NCBI GenBank assembly: GCA_026025795.1
Contig: JAPEUG010000152.1
Coordinates: 1 to 35,738, forward strand
Reading direction: 5' to 3'
Source of the DNA: Thelocarpon superellum
Taxonomy: Eukaryota
Length of the DNA: 35,738 bases
The translations under genes were made by a program, and so were the position numbers. This document shows, piece by piece, positions 32,487 through 35,738 of this stretch. The stretch's first letter is position 1. Each line of letters opens with the position of its first letter. The notes beneath the pieces were generated by a model, which was not told the origin of the DNA, made no database searches, and worked only from the letters and a program-made list of their open reading frames with translations.

Positions 32487-33035
32487 CTTGACAGGGAGGC
32501 CTACGAGGGACTTGGGACTCGTATTGGTGAACCCATACCAGTAGTGACTCCGTAGAGTGAGGTTCGTGCGCTACTACCGTCGGTCGCTGGCGTCCGCGGT
32601 GCTCTCTGCCATTTGCCATTACTTCCCGTGTCTCTCAATCGGTGCATTCACCTCCAATTACCAACTTCTCCCTCTTGCGACCGGCAACTTCGTTGGCAAT
32701 CAGCACTGCTTTGTCCCTACGTGGTCTTGTCAACGTCGTCCCTCCACCTCCATCACCACCTCTCCATTTACGTCGACCATCGCACTCCCCCGTCGTTGCT
32801 CTCCCCGCCTCCCTCACTCACACTCTGCGGTCGGCGTCTTGTCCCGCCCAGTTGTCGCACCGGTGAGCAGGCCGTGCCAGACCCAGGCTGCCACTGTGAA
32901 CCTCGCGCACCTCGGACTTCACGACCGCGCACCGCGCACCACAACTGATCGTCCCTTCCCACTCCCCTTCCGCGCGCCATCGGGTCCATTCATTGACTGC
33001 ACGCGATCGATCATTAGTCTGCACCATCGACCAAG

Positions 33036-33254
33036 GTTAGTCTGCTCACCCCTTCACCAGCTCCCTCTCCTCGGTCCTTTCGGTCCTTGACCGCTCCCCC
33101 TTCGCGGGATAAGCCCACCATATCGCGCAGCCGGTTCACGGCCGTCGAAATGAAATGCCCGACACCGGCTTGCGTCAGCGTGGTTCCAACGGCGTGTTGC
33201 AGCTGTGCTTCGAGACTTGTCCAGCCATAGAGGCTAATGAGAAGGGAACATTAG
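33036..33254 (+). other. Probable 5' UTR intron of the G-alpha gene
   Basis: AAG|GTTAGT donor, GCTAAT branch at 33233, TTAG acceptor at 33254, then a CT-rich leader to the ATG at 33363. Confidence 0.55.
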
Positions 33255-33362
33255 GTCGCCATTCGCCCTCCCCTTCGATCTATCCCTTAATCTTTCTCTA
33301 CCCCAGGCACCTTTCTCTTCCATCCATCCCGAGGCGAGACTTCCTCGCATTAGACCGCCAGG

Positions 33363-34641
33363 ATGGGCTGTGGTATGAGCACCGAGGAGAAGGAGGGCAA
33401 GCAGCGGAATGAGGAGATTGAGAATCAGCTGAAGCGGGATCGGATGATGCAACGGAATGAAATCAAGATGCTGCTGCTAGGTTCGTCCGTCACTTATCCA
33501 GGGGCCGTTTGGGCCTCGAGACTGATGGGTTGATGCAGGTGCCGGTGAATCGGGCAAATCCACTATCCTTAAGCAGATGAAACTCATCCATGAGGGCGGC
33601 TACTCCCGCGACGAGCGTGAGTCGTTCAAGGAGATCATCTTCAGCAACACGGTGCAGTCCATGCGGGTCATTCTCGAGGCGATGGAGTCGCTCGAGCTGC
33701 CGCTCGATGACCAGCGCGCCGAGTACCACGTGCAGACGGTCTTCATGCAACCCGCACAGATTGAAGGCGAGAGCCTCCCGCCGGAGGTAGGCAACGCCAT
33801 CGAGGCGCTCTGGAAGGATGCCGGCGTGCAGGAGTGCTTCAAGCGATCGCGGGAATACCAGCTCAATGACTCGGCCCGATAGTGAGTGACGACCTTGGTC
33901 GGTCAGCGAATTGAAGCTCGTCGCTAACCCCTCCTTAGCTACTTTGATTCCATCTCGCGCATCGCACAGCCCGACTATCTGCCGAGCGACCAAGACGTGC
34001 TCCGCTCACGTGTCAAGACGACGGGGATCACGGAGACGACCTTCATCATCGGCGATCTGACCTACCGTATGTTCGACGTAGGTGGACAACGGTCGGAGCG
34101 TAAGAAGTGGATTCACTGCTTCGAGAATGTGACTACGATCCTGTTCCTGGTAGCCATCTCGGAGTACGACCAGCTTCTCTTCGAGGACGAGACGGTCAAC
34201 CGGATGCAGGAGGCGCTGACGCTCTTCGACTCCATCTGCAACTCGCGCTGGTTCATCAAGACGTCCATCATCCTGTTCCTCAACAAGATCGATCGCTTCA
34301 AGGAGAAGCTCCCCGTCAGCCCGATGAAGAACTACTTCCCGGACTACGAGGGTACGTTGGACAGGTGGCGTGTGTTGGATGAGTGCTGACCCGTGTCCAG
34401 GTGGTCCGGATTACGCCCCAGCGTGCGACTACATTCTCAACCGGTTCGTATCGCTCAACCAACATGAGACCAAACAAATCTACACGCACTTCACGTGTGC
34501 CACGGATACGACGCAAATCCGCTTCGTCATGGCGGCCGTCAATGGTAAGGTTGGATGAATCTGGGTCGATGGCACCGGAGGCTGACATGAGAATCAGACA
34601 TCATCATTCAAGAGAATCTGCGGATGTGTGGTTTGATATAA
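33363..34641 (+). CDS. fadA: Heterotrimeric G-protein alpha subunit, class I (FadA/GpaA/GNA-1), 353 aa
   Basis: Exons 33363-33480, 33539-33881, 33939-34351, 34401-34544 and 34598-34641 (1062 nt). MGCGMS myristoylation/palmitoylation site, [35 protein letters not shown], and C-terminal CGLI. Confidence 0.98.
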
Positions 34642-35090
34642 GACGCGATGCTTGCACGTGTTGCCGCCGTGCGCAGGCGGCGGACGAAAGCATGCGTCTT
34701 ACGAGTCACGCCCTTGGGTAGTCCTCTTTCGTCTTGTCATTCTCATTTTTTCTGTTCTCCTCTTCTCTCGTTCTCACGCCCTTTTCTCGCTTCTCGCAGC
34801 ACATGTCATTCCTGGCGTCTCGATCTTTTCGGTACTACGGTACTTGTGTGGTCCGGTCTGGCGAGGCAAAAGAACGAGCAGCAATCATGTCTCGCTACTC
34901 GGATCGATTTCGTGGGGGGGGAGTGCTGGGGCGGGGCCGGGGAGGAGCGGCATTCCAGCAAGCAGCGGCCGCAGCAGCAATCGTTTTGTACTATCCCGGT
35001 CATTTCCGTTCCGTGCACTCCAAACCACCCGGCGGACCGACCACACAAGAAGGAGGGGGATGGATGATGGGGATGAAGACAGGACGGAGG

Positions 35091-35132
35091 GAAGTGGAGG
35101 CGAAGTGGCGGCGAAGTGGAGGCGAAGTGGAG
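35091..35132. repeat. 11-bp tandem repeat (GAAGTGGAGGC) x about 3.8
   Basis: Units at 35091, 35102, 35113 and 35124. Confidence 0.9.
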
Positions 35133-35409
35133 AAGAATGTGGACAGTGGAAGCTGAAGGAGAGAGATTGTGTTCGACTGTCATGATTAGAGGGTGATCTG
35201 ATCTGATCTGATGCACCCCATGACCGAAGTGTTTTGAGTGTCGGTGTTGTCGTCGTTGATGTCGTGGCAATTGTCATCCTCATCCTCTTCTTCTTCCTCC
35301 GTGATTCGTTCATCATCCTTGCTCTTTATTCCTGATGGATCCGTTGGCCGAACAGCCGTAGGGATCAGCGGAGAGGGTATGATACGACATGGGAGCGAGT
35401 GTCTTTCCC

Positions 35410-35600
35410 GAAGAGCGGAGCGAAGCGAAGCAAGGCAAAGGAAGAAAGCAGGGGAGAGAGGAGAGAAGCGAGGAGAGGACAGGAGAGAGGAGAGAAGAGA
35501 GGAGAGAGAAGGGGGTTGGGGAAGAGAAGAGACGAGGGGATGGAAGGACGAACGGACGGACGGACGAACGGATGGATGGATTGATGGATGGATGGATGCG
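35410..35600. repeat. Polypurine/simple-repeat tract: GAGAG-rich, then (GGAC)n and (GGAT)n
   Basis: Almost pyrimidine-free from 35430 to 35540, followed by ggacggacggacg and ggatggatgga/gatggatggatggatg. Confidence 0.85.
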
Positions 35601-35738
35601 TGCGAAGGTTTTTTGTCGACTTGATAACCAGTGTAGTGTATTTAACTCTGTTCTGCTCTTATTTGATTCCGCCGATTCCTACCTTTCCAGTTCCAGTAAC
35701 TTGAGCTTTATCCAAGTTCTGTACCATGGGCATCGAGA

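Noticed and set aside
32557..33090. 177-aa ORF upstream of G-alpha
   Set aside because: GTG start and CT-rich promoter/5' UTR composition.
34648..35624. ORFs downstream of G-alpha
   Set aside because: Translations of simple repeats and 3' UTR sequence.

Overview
Eukaryotic DNA from a filamentous ascomycete (Pezizomycotina): GC-rich, with short GT-AG introns and CTRAY-type branch points. I rebuilt 12 protein-coding genes by hand-splicing, and all models close in frame. In order they are: a largely disordered protein with a HEIP1/REDIC1-like N-terminus (+), an AusD/Trt5-type SAM methyltransferase (-), MIC10 (-), URB2/NPA2 (+, 12 exons), a C2H2 transcription factor with a Trp-rich N-terminal domain (+), a small secreted glycoprotein (-), the copper-fist regulator MAC1/GRISEA (-), KTI12 (+), a second paralogous C2H2 factor (-), the SNARE USE1 (+), an Smr-domain protein ending in CaaX (-) and the class I G-alpha subunit FadA/GNA-1 (+). 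No transposon, CRISPR array or rRNA is evident. The most notable observations are the possible fungal HEIP1/REDIC1 meiotic crossover factor, a degenerate tRNA-like/Pol III B-box element at 661-752, an ancient inverted pair of C2H2 paralogs sharing an intron position, a hairpin-dense TA-rich intron, and a predicted lipid-anchored Smr nuclease. Family assignments come from motif recall, not from database searches.
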